From Hyaloraphidium curvatum SAG 235-1 (Eukaryota; Fungi; Monoblepharomycota), in assembly GCA_025558095.1 (NCBI GenBank), contig JAIVFI010000014.1, positions 124,001 through 188,000 on the forward strand: DNA of 64,000 nucleotides. Reading direction: 5' to 3'. A program made the translations under genes and the position numbers. Shown here one piece after another: positions 1 through 10,536 of this stretch (position 1 is the stretch's first letter; each line of letters begins with the position of its first letter). Below the pieces are notes generated by a model. That model did not search any database. It was not told where the DNA came from and worked only from the letters and a program-made list of their open reading frames with translations.

Positions 1-888
1 CCCGTTCCCGCCGTTCCCCTCCCCCCCGCCCAGCCCGGCGCCCGTGGGCAGCTGCGTCGTGTTGGTGGGCCCGAAGCTCCTCGCGCCGCGGCAGCTGGTG
101 GCCTTGGCGCATCCCGCTCCGTTCCCGCCGTCCGACCCGCCCGTGCTGCCGGTACCCCCGCCTCCGCCGCCGTATCCGCCGCCGTTGCCGCCGTGGCCCA
201 GCGGGCCGGTGCTACCCGAGTTCCCTTTCCCGCCGTGCCCGCCGCCCTGCCCGATCGTCTCTCCGTCACCGCCCGCCCCGGCGGTCCCTGATGAGCCGTG
301 CCCGCCGCCGTTGCCCCCCGTCTTGGGTCCGTTGGATTCGCCGCCGCCGCCCCCCGAGGCGGAAAGCCCGGCGCCCCCGCCTCCGTAGGCACCCGCGCCG
401 CCCGCCCCGGCGCCCTTGGAGTTCTTGTAGTCCGTCGAATCGGAGCCGGAACCGCCTCCTCCCCCGACGTAGACCTGCAGCGTGGCACCTGCCGGCATCT
501 CGACCATACGCCACGCCTTGGGCATGGCGTTGTAACCGACCCCGCGCTGCGCGGTCTGAAGGTTCCCCACGGCCTGCCCGCCGTGCCCGCCGGGGGAGTA
601 CAGCCTAAGTCCCGTAGAAAGCTGCAGCGCCGTTGACCCTCCGCCTCCTCCGCGGCCGACCTTGGGGTCGTCCTCCTTGTAATATCCCGGCACGGATATG
701 CCGGCATTGCAGCCGCCGCCACCGCCGCCCACGAGAGAGACGTTGGCGACGATGGTAGAAGGGAGCGTGATGTCGATGGTGGAGACGATGTTGGCGACGC
801 AGAGCTTCTGCGCGGAGGCGGGGGATGGTCCGAGGAAAGCTGCCGTGCCCGCGAGCAGCGCAGACAGGAGAAGCCGGGATCCTCGCAT
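1..888 (-). CDS. Secreted glycine-rich-domain protein, 3' end outside the window; paralogue of 1132..2172
   Basis: ATG at 888 opens a frame running off the left edge, so the ORF track misses it: MRGSRLLLSALLAGTAAFLGPSPASAQ (signal peptide), then VSLVGGGGGGG...GGGGSTAL...LQVYVGGGGGSG...GGSDGG...GARSF, matching the motif order of the + strand neighbour. Confidence 0.8.
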   Translation of the reverse strand, partial: MRGSRLLLSALLAGTAAFLGPSPASAQKLCVANIVSTIDITLPSTIVANVSLVGGGGGGCNAGISVPGYYKEDDPKVGRGGGGGSTALQLSTGLRLYSPGGHGGQAVGNLQTAQRGVGYNAMPKAWRMVEMPAGATLQVYVGGGGGSGSDSTDYKNSKGAGAGGAGAYGGGGAGLSASGGGGGESNGPKTGGNGGGHGSSGTAGAGGDGETIGQGGGHGGKGNSGSTGPLGHGGNGGGYGGGGGGTGSTGGSDGGNGAGCAKATSCRGARSFGPTNTTQLPTGAGLGGGEGNGGNG

Positions 889-1131
889 TTGTTTGACGTT
901 GGATGTTGTTGTTGGTTTCAAGCTCGAGGGCGATGCGCTGTTCGGGGCCCCCGATTTATGGAGGCGAGCGGTGATTTTCGCGGCGGAATGTTCCCTGCAC
1001 AGCCCCAGCCCATCGCAAGAATTACCGCTCGCCAGAATCCCTGTCGCCAGAATCGGTTCAGAACTATAAGTGCCCCGCCCCGGCGATCGGATCAAGCCCA
1101 ATCTCCGAATTCTGAGCTTTCGGCTTCAACA

Positions 1132-2172
1132 ATGCGAAACCGCCCTGCTTTCTACGCCGCGCTGCTCGCCTGCGCCGGCCTTGCGCACGCCGCGCCCATC
1201 AACCTCGAACCCCGCCAGACCCAGCCCCTCACCTGCGTCTCGGCCTTTGTCTCCGCCGCGAGCTTCGCCGTCCCCGCCGAGCTCAACGCCACCTCGTTCA
1301 CTGCCAGTCTCATCGGGGGGGCGGGCGGCGCCGGTGGCGCCTACGGAGCTGGCGGGGGCGGCGGTTCTTCGGCAATCGTCTTCATGTACGCCAACGGAAC
1401 TGCCGGCCGAGTTTATGCCGCCGGCGGAAACGGCGGCGACGCATGCGTTTCCTCCTACTGCCAACGCCATCTCCCCACCCCCGGCCTGAGGACCTCGGTC
1501 GCGGGGCTGGCCCTGCTGCCCGGAAGCACCGTCACCGTGACGGTGGGAGGGGGAGGTGGGGGCGGTGCAGGCGGCGACAACGGCAACAACACGTACTGCG
1601 ACCCCTACTATGCCCAGTATGACTGCTTCTACCAGGGGGGCGGCGGCGCCGCGGGGGCGTACGGCGGAAGCGGGGGCGACGCGGTGGACACGCAGCACGG
1701 CGGATCGGGCGGCGAGTCGCACGGCGCCGAGACCGGCGGCCCGGGCGCGGGCAAGGCGCAGGGGGGAACTGCGGCGGCGGGCGGGATGGGCGCCCCGCTG
1801 CCTGACATGTCGTACAACCCCTACGCAAACACCGGCGCGATGGGAGCGCAGGGCGCGATCGGACTCGCAGGTGGCGCGGGGCTGGCGTACGTTTCGCAGG
1901 CGGGTGCCGGGGGCGGCTTCGGCGGGGGCGGGTCCGGAGGAGACGACATGTACGCCTACGGGCAGTGCACGGGCGGGAGCGACGGCGGCGACGGCGAGGG
2001 GCCGAAGCCGGGCAAGGGCGCGAGGAGCTTCCCGAATCCCACTGGGCTGGGGCTGCCCAACGAGGCCGGCTCGGCGCCGCAGGTCTACTCGACGGGCGGG
2101 AACGCGGGATACGTGGTGATCGGATACGAGAGCCCAGACGGGGTCAGCTGCCCGCTGTACTCGCAAGTGTGA
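1132..2172 (+). CDS. Secreted glycine-rich-domain protein (polyglycine segments between short beta strands), intronless
   Basis: MRNRPAFYAALLACAGLAHA signal peptide; ASLIGGAGGAGG, VTVTVGGGGGGG, GGSDGG, GARSF and terminal GGNAGYVVIGY. Confidence 0.8.
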   Translation: MRNRPAFYAALLACAGLAHAAPINLEPRQTQPLTCVSAFVSAASFAVPAELNATSFTASLIGGAGGAGGAYGAGGGGGSSAIVFMYANGTAGRVYAAGGNGGDACVSSYCQRHLPTPGLRTSVAGLALLPGSTVTVTVGGGGGGGAGGDNGNNTYCDPYYAQYDCFYQGGGGAAGAYGGSGGDAVDTQHGGSGGESHGAETGGPGAGKAQGGTAAAGGMGAPLPDMSYNPYANTGAMGAQGAIGLAGGAGLAYVSQAGAGGGFGGGGSGGDDMYAYGQCTGGSDGGDGEGPKPGKGARSFPNPTGLGLPNEAGSAPQVYSTGGNAGYVVIGYESPDGVSCPLYSQV

Positions 2173-2583
2173 AACCAAAACCCAGGTGTTTTCAAAAGCC
2201 CGCTGACGGCGTCCCCGAGGGATCCCGGAGATAGAACGTTGGGGAGTGGTTTCGGCGATCAGATGGGATCCGGGACGGGATCGCCACCCCGTCGAAGTGT
2301 CGACGCGATGCATCCATTCGGCTAGGATACTTTGATGGTGGAGTCGCTTCTCTAGCTCTGATCCTGGTCGAGGATCCAACTGGTTGTTTGTTGGCCGCTC
2401 GGACTCTGTCGTCCTCTGCGCCCATCGCACCATCCTGCGCGTTTGAAAACACGGTGTTCGCCCTCAAACTACATCGCCGGCCTCCTCCAAGACTGGCTTT
2501 AGGCTCTTGTTTCCAGAGGAAAGAGATCTACTCGCCCTACTGCAACAGTCTTGTCCGAACCGACGCGGGAGACATTTGCGCAC

Positions 2584-3793
2584 ATGGCCCCTCTCGGCGT
2601 CGGCTTCATCGGCCTCAGCGCGACCTCGTCGTGGGGAACAAACGCACACCTGCCGTACCTCTCCCGCTCCTCCGCCTACAAGATCGTGGCCCTCTGCAAC
2701 TCCTCCGAGGATTCGGCCAGGCGCGCCATCGAAGCCCACAAGCTCCCGGAAGGAACCAAGGCCTTCGGCGACCCCGCCGCGCTCGCCGCGGACCCGGATG
2801 TCGACGTCGTGGTCTGCTCCGTGCGCGTGGACAGGCATCACCCTGTTTTGAAGCCGGTGCTTGAGAACCTCGCCGCCGGCAAGCGCGTCTACTGCGAGTG
2901 GCCCCTGGGGAAGAACCTTGCCGAGGCGGAAGAGCTCACCGCGCTGGCAAAGGCCCGCGGGATCAAGACCCTGGTCGGGCTCCAGGGGCGCGTCGCTCCG
3001 ATTCCGAGGAAGGTGAACGAGCTTTTGGAGCAGGGGAGGATTGGAAAGGTGCTGAGCACTTCGGTGCTGGCGGCGGCCTACAACTTTGGCGCGGTCGACA
3101 TGGAGTCCATCGCGTACCTGTCGGACAAGGAGACGGGAGGAAACATGGTCAGCATTCACTTTTCTCACGGTGAGCTCTAATCTTGTGGGAGTCGGACGAA
3201 AGGATCTGACCATTCGTTATCAAGGATTCGATGCAATCAACCAGACCGTGGGCCAGCTCGACACCTTCTCCTCAATCCTCGCCATCACGCGCCCCGAGAC
3301 CCTCCTTCGTTCCACGCCGCTGACCGCCGGCCCCGACGCCCCCATCGTCGGCTCGGTACCGCGCACGACGCACGACCAGGTCCTTATCCAGGGCCACCTC
3401 GTATCGGGCGCGCTGCTGTCGTACCACCTGCGGGGCGGCCAGCCGTTCCCCGGGTTCCCGGGGCTGCTGTGGACCGTGTACGGCGAGAGCGGCGAGATCA
3501 GGGTGACTACGAACGGGTCGAACCTGCACATCGGGGCCGAGGGCGACGCGGTCGCCGTGCACAACCACAAGACGGGCAAGGTGGAGGCGGTCGAGGTCGC
3601 CAAGGACCAATGGGACGATCTGCCGTTCCCTGCGAGGAACGTGGCGAGGCTGTACGAGGCGTTTGCGGCGGAGAGGACGGCGGACTACGCGGATTGGGAC
3701 GCCTCCGTCACGAGGCACAAGCTCGTCGAGGAGCTGTACAAGCGGCAGGAGGAGGGGAAGCAGGAAACGCGCGCTGTGTACTGGCGAGAGTAA
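2584..3793 (+). CDS. Gfo/Idh/MocA-family NAD(P)-binding oxidoreductase, Gal80-like; 2 exons
   Basis: VGFIGLS...W...HLP Rossmann start, GKRVYCEWPLG, GLQGR; intron 3170..3224 (GTGAGC...CTGAC...AAG) joins ORFs 2551 and 3086 to give IHFSHGFD. Confidence 0.88.
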
Positions 3794-4190
3794 CTGCGCT
3801 GTTGTGACATAGAGAGTATCCTTTCCTGGGCCTACTTCGGGGTGAAGGTGAGGTGGTACGCCGCAAACGGTTTCCCAGCAAAGACGGCCGGTTGGGCGAA
3901 GAAAAGCCGTCCGCGGCCGGACCGACACAGCCCTCACCCTGGTTCGAAGATGCCGTGCAGGCCGCAATGCATAAGGCGCCCTCCGCCGGCGCGCCGAAGC
4001 GCATCCTACATTATACGGCGCGCAGTTGCCGGCCGGATGCGTCCGCGTACGCAGCGGACGCGTCCGGCTCTGCCCGCGGGTTGTGCGGGTACGAAGGACT
4101 GCGCCGCGTCCCTCGCGCGGGTGACCGCGCCGACGCCCCCTGCGGCCTCCGGACATCTTCGACGACACTCGCGACGACACTCTCGACGCG

Positions 4191-5738
4191 ATGCTCCGCC
4201 TCCTTGCCGCCGTCTGTCTCGCCGGCCTCTTCCTGGCGCCCGCCGCCGACGCCGCGCCGCGGTGCGCCGCCGCCCGCTCCCTCGCGCCGCGGGACCGCTG
4301 ACCCTTCCGCCCCCGGCAGCGTTCGCAAGGAGCTCCGCGCCATGACCGACGCCGAATACCGCGCCCTCCTGACGGGCCTCCGCACGATGATAAGCACAAA
4401 CACGACGGCGGGCCGCGCCCGGTACGGGCCGCTCTACAAGGACTACGACTACTTCATCGTCAAGCACGCCGTGGCCACCAAGTGGGTCTCCGCTCCGCGT
4501 CGTCCGATGCGCGCTCACCTGGGCAACTGCAGCGATCCGCGCGGCGATCAGGGTCACAATGGCCCGAAGTTGGTTGCAGAAGGGTCCGATTCGTACTGAG
4601 CTAACTACAGCCCCAGCTTCATGACATTCCACCGCGCGTGGCTTCTCGAGCTCGAGCGCTCCCTCCTTGCAGTCGCCCCGGCCATGCGCGCCCTTCCGTA
4701 CCTGGACATCACCGCCGACCTGAAGGGCGGGAGGTACTTCCGCACGAGCCGATGGGTTTTTTCCAACCGGTACGCGGGGTCGATCGACTGCGCTTCCGGG
4801 GTCGCCAGGGGTTGCCGGGTGAGTTTCTTGCACCTCCTTTACCTTCTCCGGCTGATGTTGTGCGGGGACGTGCAGGTGACCGACGGGGCTTTCCCCAACA
4901 AGCGCGTCTCCCGGTTCGACAACGCCACGTACGCCGCCTACGCCTCCATCTACAACGGCAGCCGCATCACCGGCCTCCTCCGCGGCTCCGACAACCCCAA
5001 CGCCTCGCCATTCCTCACCCGGTTCCCGAACCGCAACAATGCCCCGCAGGCCGCGGCCTTCAAGTCCTGGGCGCCCGTTGCGGCCGTGTGGCTCAACACT
5101 CGCACCGGCATATCCGCCGCATCGTCGTGGAACTACACCGCCGCCGACTTTGCGCGCTGCGCCGCCTTTCCCGGCGTCCGCAACTGGCTCGAATGGAATT
5201 ACTGCAACGACTTTACCTCCTTCGTCTTCGCTTTTAACCGCACCACGTACCTGGACCGTTTCGCCCGCGGGATGGCGTCCACCCTCCACGCCGGCGTGCA
5301 CTGGATCGCCGGCGGCTCCAACGCCATCTTCGCATCGGGGGACATGAAGGACACCGTGACGAGCCCCAACGAGCCGCTGCTGTTCTTCCTGCACCACGCG
5401 AACCTGGATCGGAGCGCGAGGATCTGGGCAAGGCGGGCGGCCAGGGGGGATCCGGCGCTGGCGAGGAGGGCGTTTGGGTACCCGAGGTCCAAGGCCGAGT
5501 ACCCGCAGAGCTTCGCAGGATGCTACCTTAACGACGTGGTTTCGAGCAACTTCCCGTTTTCGGACATCTTCGACGGCCAGGTGCGTTCGTGCGCAAGGAT
5601 TTGGGTTGGAGTTCGTGCTGACGCCTTCTTCGTCCGACGCCTCCGCGGGGCATGCAGACCAAACCCGCGACGCACGCGGACCTCATGAGGCTCGCCACGC
5701 TGGACGCGATTTACACCTATGACAGGATGACGGCGTGA
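4191..5738 (+). CDS. Secreted tyrosinase / type-3 dicopper oxidase, multi-exon
   Basis: Signal peptide MLRLLAAVCLAGLFLAPAADA; VRKELRAM; CuA histidines in KH...GH...FHRAWLLELE...LPY; CuB LHAGVH...SPNEPLLFFLHHANLDR; last exon ends YTYDRMTA*; several short GT-AG introns. Confidence 0.88.
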
Positions 5739-5832
5739 ACGAAGCGGATGAACAGCTTCTTATTAACAAGTGGGAGAGCGAAGTGAGTGTGAATGTATCC
5801 GCAATCTAGAGACTATGGGCGCAGGCACCAAT

Positions 5833-7197
5833 CTAGTGCAAGCCCACGTCCGCGTGCTCCGCCCCGACCCCACCTTCCTCGCCCTCCCTGCCTCCCGCAT
5901 CCGAAGCGTTCGCCGCAGCCCTCGTCAGCATCTCCCTCGCCTCCCCGCCCTGCACCAGATGCCCACCTCTCGCGGCCATCCACCTCACCGCTCCCATCCC
6001 CAGTACCCGTTCCCACATCTGCCCCTCGGCAAACAGTTCGCCCGCCCTCGTCGGATCCGCCACGTCCGGCTGCGTAGCCAGCACATTGGCCCGGCCAGCT
6101 GTGAACCACCCCGGCGCGCGGGCCTCGAACCGCTCCCGCACCTCCGCCGGCATGCCCCCCGCCTCGACCCAGTCTGCTTCGAGCGCCCTTGCGTCGGGCC
6201 ACCCGAGCGCGAGCTGGCCCGATCTGAGGCGGGCCACGCATAGCTGCGCGCGGGACCAGTCCAGCGGGAGGAGGCGGGACCAGTCCGCCGGGAGGAGGTC
6301 CAGGCTGTCCGCGGACGACAGCCTCACGCGGTCTGGGGAAAACATCGGGGAGGCGCGGAGCGCGAAATAGTCGTCCGCGGTTCCGGCAAAGGCGCGGATC
6401 AGCGGAGCGAGCGAGGGGCGCGATGCAACGCTGGGCCAGCCGCGGCGGCTGCCCGGCGAGGCGTCGAGGTCCACAACTTCCAGGTGTGGCGCGTCGTCGG
6501 AAAGGGAAGAAAGCATGTCGCCGTCCATGGGTCCGCGAAGGGAGAGCGTCCGCAGAGCGCGCAAGTTCCGCATAGAGGATCGCCACGGCGAAGAGGTCGG
6601 CACGGGGGAGTCCGGGAGGGGTTTGACCTGCAAAGTGAGCCGCTCGAGACCGGAGAGGTCGGTTTCGGAGAGGACGGCGAGGTCCTCGCCGGAAAGCACG
6701 TGGAAACTGAGCTCCCTCAGGCTCGACGAAGCCAGGACGGCCAGCGCGCGTCGGCACACCGTCGTCAAGTTGCGTGTCGGCGTGGCATCGGCGTCGAGCT
6801 TGCGCACCAGCGTTTGTAGCCTTGCCCGAGCGATGTAGTCCAGCGCCCTGCGGGCGGAAAAGACCGCCGGGCGGTAATGCCTATCGCCGCCATCCGTAAA
6901 GGCGTTCCGGAACATCGCCCGGACGTGCGCCGAGGTTTCGAGCAGCGGGATTTCGCGCCTTACGAAGTGCCAGACCGAGAAGGTCCGCAGGAGCAGCGGC
7001 AGCGCGATGGCGAGGGCGCCGCTCGAGGCCAACCCCAAATCAAGCAGTGCGGGGGATGCAGGCGACAGGAATTCCGCGATTTTCACGAGCAATTCGTCGG
7101 GCAGGAGCGGGGAGACGTGCACGCCGGGGCCGCGGGCGGCGGCGGCGCGGAAGACGCGGCCCGTAATCGGCTCCGCCGGCGCATCGCGGTGCTCCAT
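5833..7197 (-). CDS. F-box-like / RNI-like lineage-specific protein, intronless
   Basis: LLPDELLVKIAEFL F-box-like motif followed by LxxLxL repeats; clear paralogue of 11960..13330. Confidence 0.75.
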   Translation of the reverse strand: MEHRDAPAEPITGRVFRAAAARGPGVHVSPLLPDELLVKIAEFLSPASPALLDLGLASSGALAIALPLLLRTFSVWHFVRREIPLLETSAHVRAMFRNAFTDGGDRHYRPAVFSARRALDYIARARLQTLVRKLDADATPTRNLTTVCRRALAVLASSSLRELSFHVLSGEDLAVLSETDLSGLERLTLQVKPLPDSPVPTSSPWRSSMRNLRALRTLSLRGPMDGDMLSSLSDDAPHLEVVDLDASPGSRRGWPSVASRPSLAPLIRAFAGTADDYFALRASPMFSPDRVRLSSADSLDLLPADWSRLLPLDWSRAQLCVARLRSGQLALGWPDARALEADWVEAGGMPAEVRERFEARAPGWFTAGRANVLATQPDVADPTRAGELFAEGQMWERVLGMGAVRWMAARGGHLVQGGEAREMLTRAAANASDAGGREGEEGGVGAEHADVGLH

Positions 7198-7332
7198 CGT
7201 GCGATGCGCTTCCAAGAGCGGATCAGAAGGCGGTTTCGGCGCGACAGGCGAATTTGAAAGAGCTCCTCCGTGCGAGACGCGACGGCTGTCCCAGCGCTCC
7301 ACTTCCTCCATTTCTGCCTCCCGGCGGACGCG

Positions 7333-8150
7333 ATGTCCCTCCTGGAAATGCTGCAGCAGCCTTTGGACTTTTTGGAATCGGCGTCGCCGTCTGCGCTGGC
7401 GGTCTACGCGCTGCTCGCTTTCGTCCTCGGTGCCGTGTCCTCACGCCCCGCACGGAGAAAACCCGCCGAAAAGGAGACCGAGCTGCCCCCGCCGCGCCAA
7501 TCGGACGCATCAGAACCCCAAACCGACGATGCACCCGCCCCATCGCGGGATTCGGACTCCGAACGGGACGCGGACCTCGCCGACTCGGCCGCCTCCGGGT
7601 CCGACGCCTCCTCCGGGGACGAAGACGACGACGACGACGAATGCAAGCTCGTCCTCGCCGTGCGTGCGGACCTCCCGCTCTCCCGCGCCGTCGCGGCGTC
7701 GGCCTGCGCGGGCGGGACGCTGGCGTGCTTCCGCGCGTCGCTGGCTGATCCGGAGCGGCACGTCGGTTCCTCTCCGTGCCCTTTCCGGGGTGTTCTTGGT
7801 GCTGATGGGGTGTTGTCGGCCAGGAGGTGCTCGCGGCGTGGGAGGACAACGGGCAGCCCAAGATCACGCTGCGCTGCAACGGCGAGGCCGAGATGTGGGT
7901 CAACCCAACCGGGCCGCCCTTGTCATGCTGACTGCCGCGCCTCCAAGGATGGACCTCCAGGCGCGGGCGAGGGAGCGTGGGTTGCCGGCGAGGGCGGTGG
8001 TGGACGCCGAAGGGAGGAAGACGGTGCTGGCCATCGGACCGGGTGGGCAGTTCGCAACGCGATTCGAGGGACCTTCAGCTAACGCGACGATTTCGAGCAG
8101 GCAGGGCGTCGGTGATCGACGGGGTGACGGGCTACCTGAAGCTCTTCTGA
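7333..8150 (+). CDS. Peptidyl-tRNA hydrolase type 2 (PTH2)-like membrane-anchored protein, 4 exons, degenerate active site
   Basis: N-terminal TM segment; CKLVLAVRADL; spliced AAWEDNGQPKITL; VVDA...TVLAIGP; C-terminal IDGVTGYLKLF* typical of the PTH2 family. Confidence 0.8.
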
Positions 8151-8945
8151 GCCGCCGGCGGAACGCTGCGGCTCTAGGCCCACGACGCTTGCTAATACCG
8201 CCCGTTCGCCACCCTTTTGCCCTCTACTCGTCGTGGTCCAGGCCCTCCTCGCCGTCATGCACCACGACGGTCAGGCCACGCTCGCGCAGCGCGTCCTCGA
8301 CCGTGCGTCCCGCGGGCACGGGGGGATCGGCCGCTCGGCCGCTAGTCCTTTGCGAGTCCATCTGCAATGCCTTAGCGCACACGGTCTGGTCCGTTGGATA
8401 TGGCTCCGCATTACCTACCCTCAGAGAGCCATCCTCCGTTCGCTGGCTGTTGGCGAGGCTGGAGACGGATCGCACCCCACCGGCGCACCGCTTCGGCCGC
8501 GCAGCTGGACTTTGAAGGGGATCCCGCGGCCCCAGGGAGGTGCTCGCCATGGTTCGGTCGTGCGGGACAGGTGAGACAATGCCGCTCTTTGTGTTCGCTT
8601 CGATGGGGAGACTTCGTGAGCGTGGCGACCGAAGTACACCTCACGACGGAAGCGCGCGCGCCGGGGCGAAGAAAGCCCGCGAAGGAAGTGTAAGGATGCT
8701 GGATTCTGTCATCTCAATGCACTTACGTCCATCGGATCATCGTTCTTCCTCGCCACTTGTTCGGTGAGTCGCTTGGCGGCTGGGCGCGACGTCATGCTTC
8801 GCCACGGGCCGCGATCCTCTTCCGCTTTCCCTGGGACGAAGTCGACAGAGTCACACGCTCGAAATCTTCCAAACAGACAGTGCCGTCCTCGAGAGCGGCG
8901 CAGCGATCAACAACATCAAACCGAATCGCAGTCAGCCTGAACTAG

Positions 8946-10379
8946 ATGTTCCTGGTGCTTGCGCGTGCGGAGCGCGCGCGGGCGGGGGCGCTCCTCGTCG
9001 CCGCCACGCTGGCGGCGCTCGTCGCCCGCAGCGGCGCGCAGCTCGCCTCCGACAGCGGGCTCTTTCCCGCGGACCTTACCCCCGTCGCTGACGCCGCCCC
9101 CGGGCCCGCTGCGGATCAGGCGGGGGCCGGCGCGGGACCGCCCGCCGTCGTCGACTTCCTCCCGACGACGGCCTCAGACATCCTTCCCACCACCGCCGCC
9201 GCCCGCCGACCCGTGCTCGGCTGGAACTCGTGGAACGCCTTCCGCTGCAACTACTCGGAGAAGGACATCCTCGGCATCGCCGACGTGCTGGTCGCCAAGG
9301 GGTACGCTGCCGCCGGCTACACCCTCCTGGCCATCGACGACTGCTGGATGGCCGAGAACCGCACCCGCACCGGCCAGCTGGCCCCGCACCCGCTCCGCTT
9401 CCCGCGCGGGATCAAACCGGTCGCGGACTACCTCCACGCGCGGGGCCTGAAGCTCGGGCTGTACTCCTCCGCGGGCACCAAGACGTGCGAGGGCCACCCT
9501 GCCAGCCTGGGCCACGAGCTCGCAGACGCGCGGATGTTTGCGCTCTGGGGCGTCGACTTCCTCAAGTACGACAACTGCTACAACGAAGGGCGCCCGGCGG
9601 AGCCGAGGTACAAGGCGATGGCGGACGCCATCAAGGCGTCGGGGAGGAACATGGTGCTGGCTATGTGCGCCTGGGGCAACTACTCCGAATGGACCTGGGC
9701 GTACAAGTACGCCCAGATGTGGCGTATCTCCCCCGACATCGGCCGCCAGTGGAACAGGCCCTGCGGACCTTACCAAATTCCCGTCACCAACATCATCGAC
9801 CGCATGGCACCCCTGGCGCGATACGCCGGGCCCGGCCGGGGCTTCAACGACGCCGACATGCTCCAGGCGGGCAACCCGGGCCTCTCGCTCGAGGAGGCCA
9901 GGTCGCACTTTGCCATGTGGGCGGCGTTCAAGTCCCCTCTCATCATCGGCACCGACATCCGCAACGTCTCGGCGGCCGTCGAGAGGCTGATGCTCAACCC
10001 GGAGCTGATCGCGATCAACCAGGATCCCCTTGGGCGGCAGGTCAAGCGCATCCGCACTTGGGGAACCGGGGAGAGGAAGCAGGAACTCTGGGCCGGACCG
10101 CTTGCCGCCGCCGCGAGCGGCAAGAAGGCCGCCGTGGCCGTCTTTCTGAACCGCGCCTCGACGGGCGTCTCCGCCGCCGGCATCTGGCCGTTCGCGCTGG
10201 CCGGGGAACCCCTGGGTGGGATGGACGATCCATCCGTCAGGAAGGCGAGGTGGTACCTCCGCGACGCCCTCAACCGGAGGGATCTGCACGGGGGGCTGGC
10301 CAGGGGCGGATGGCAGAGGGTGGAGCTGGGGAGGGTGCCGGCGCACGGGGCGGCGGTGGTGCGGATGACGCAGGCCTGA
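8946..10379 (+). CDS. Secreted alpha-galactosidase, glycoside hydrolase family 27, intronless
   Basis: PVLGWNSWNAF, IDDCW, GVDFLKYDNC (nucleophile Asp), WRISPDI (acid/base Asp), SHFAMWAAFKSPLIIG, IAINQDPLG. Confidence 0.95.
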   Translation: MFLVLARAERARAGALLVAATLAALVARSGAQLASDSGLFPADLTPVADAAPGPAADQAGAGAGPPAVVDFLPTTASDILPTTAAARRPVLGWNSWNAFRCNYSEKDILGIADVLVAKGYAAAGYTLLAIDDCWMAENRTRTGQLAPHPLRFPRGIKPVADYLHARGLKLGLYSSAGTKTCEGHPASLGHELADARMFALWGVDFLKYDNCYNEGRPAEPRYKAMADAIKASGRNMVLAMCAWGNYSEWTWAYKYAQMWRISPDIGRQWNRPCGPYQIPVTNIIDRMAPLARYAGPGRGFNDADMLQAGNPGLSLEEARSHFAMWAAFKSPLIIGTDIRNVSAAVERLMLNPELIAINQDPLGRQVKRIRTWGTGERKQELWAGPLAAAASGKKAAVAVFLNRASTGVSAAGIWPFALAGEPLGGMDDPSVRKARWYLRDALNRRDLHGGLARGGWQRVELGRVPAHGAAVVRMTQA

Positions 10380-10536
10380 GCCAGCATGCTGGCAACGGCC
10401 TTTGATACCTGAAATCTATGCCTGCACATATCTGTACATTCTCTGATGGATTTGAACGTCGATTGCTCACGCTGCGGTGTGCCGGGGAGGGTGCCCCACG
10501 ACAAGTAACAGCAAACCTAGTACGTCGCTAAGTGTC

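Noticed and set aside
8224-8550. Short minus-strand ORF ending TVEDALRERGLTVVVHDGEEGLDHDE
   Set aside because: Some codon bias but no motif or reliable gene model
2584-10379. Gal80-like oxidoreductase near an alpha-galactosidase as a possible GAL/MEL cluster
   Set aside because: Three unrelated genes lie between them, no GAL1/7/10 is present, and Gal80-like oxidoreductases are a broad family
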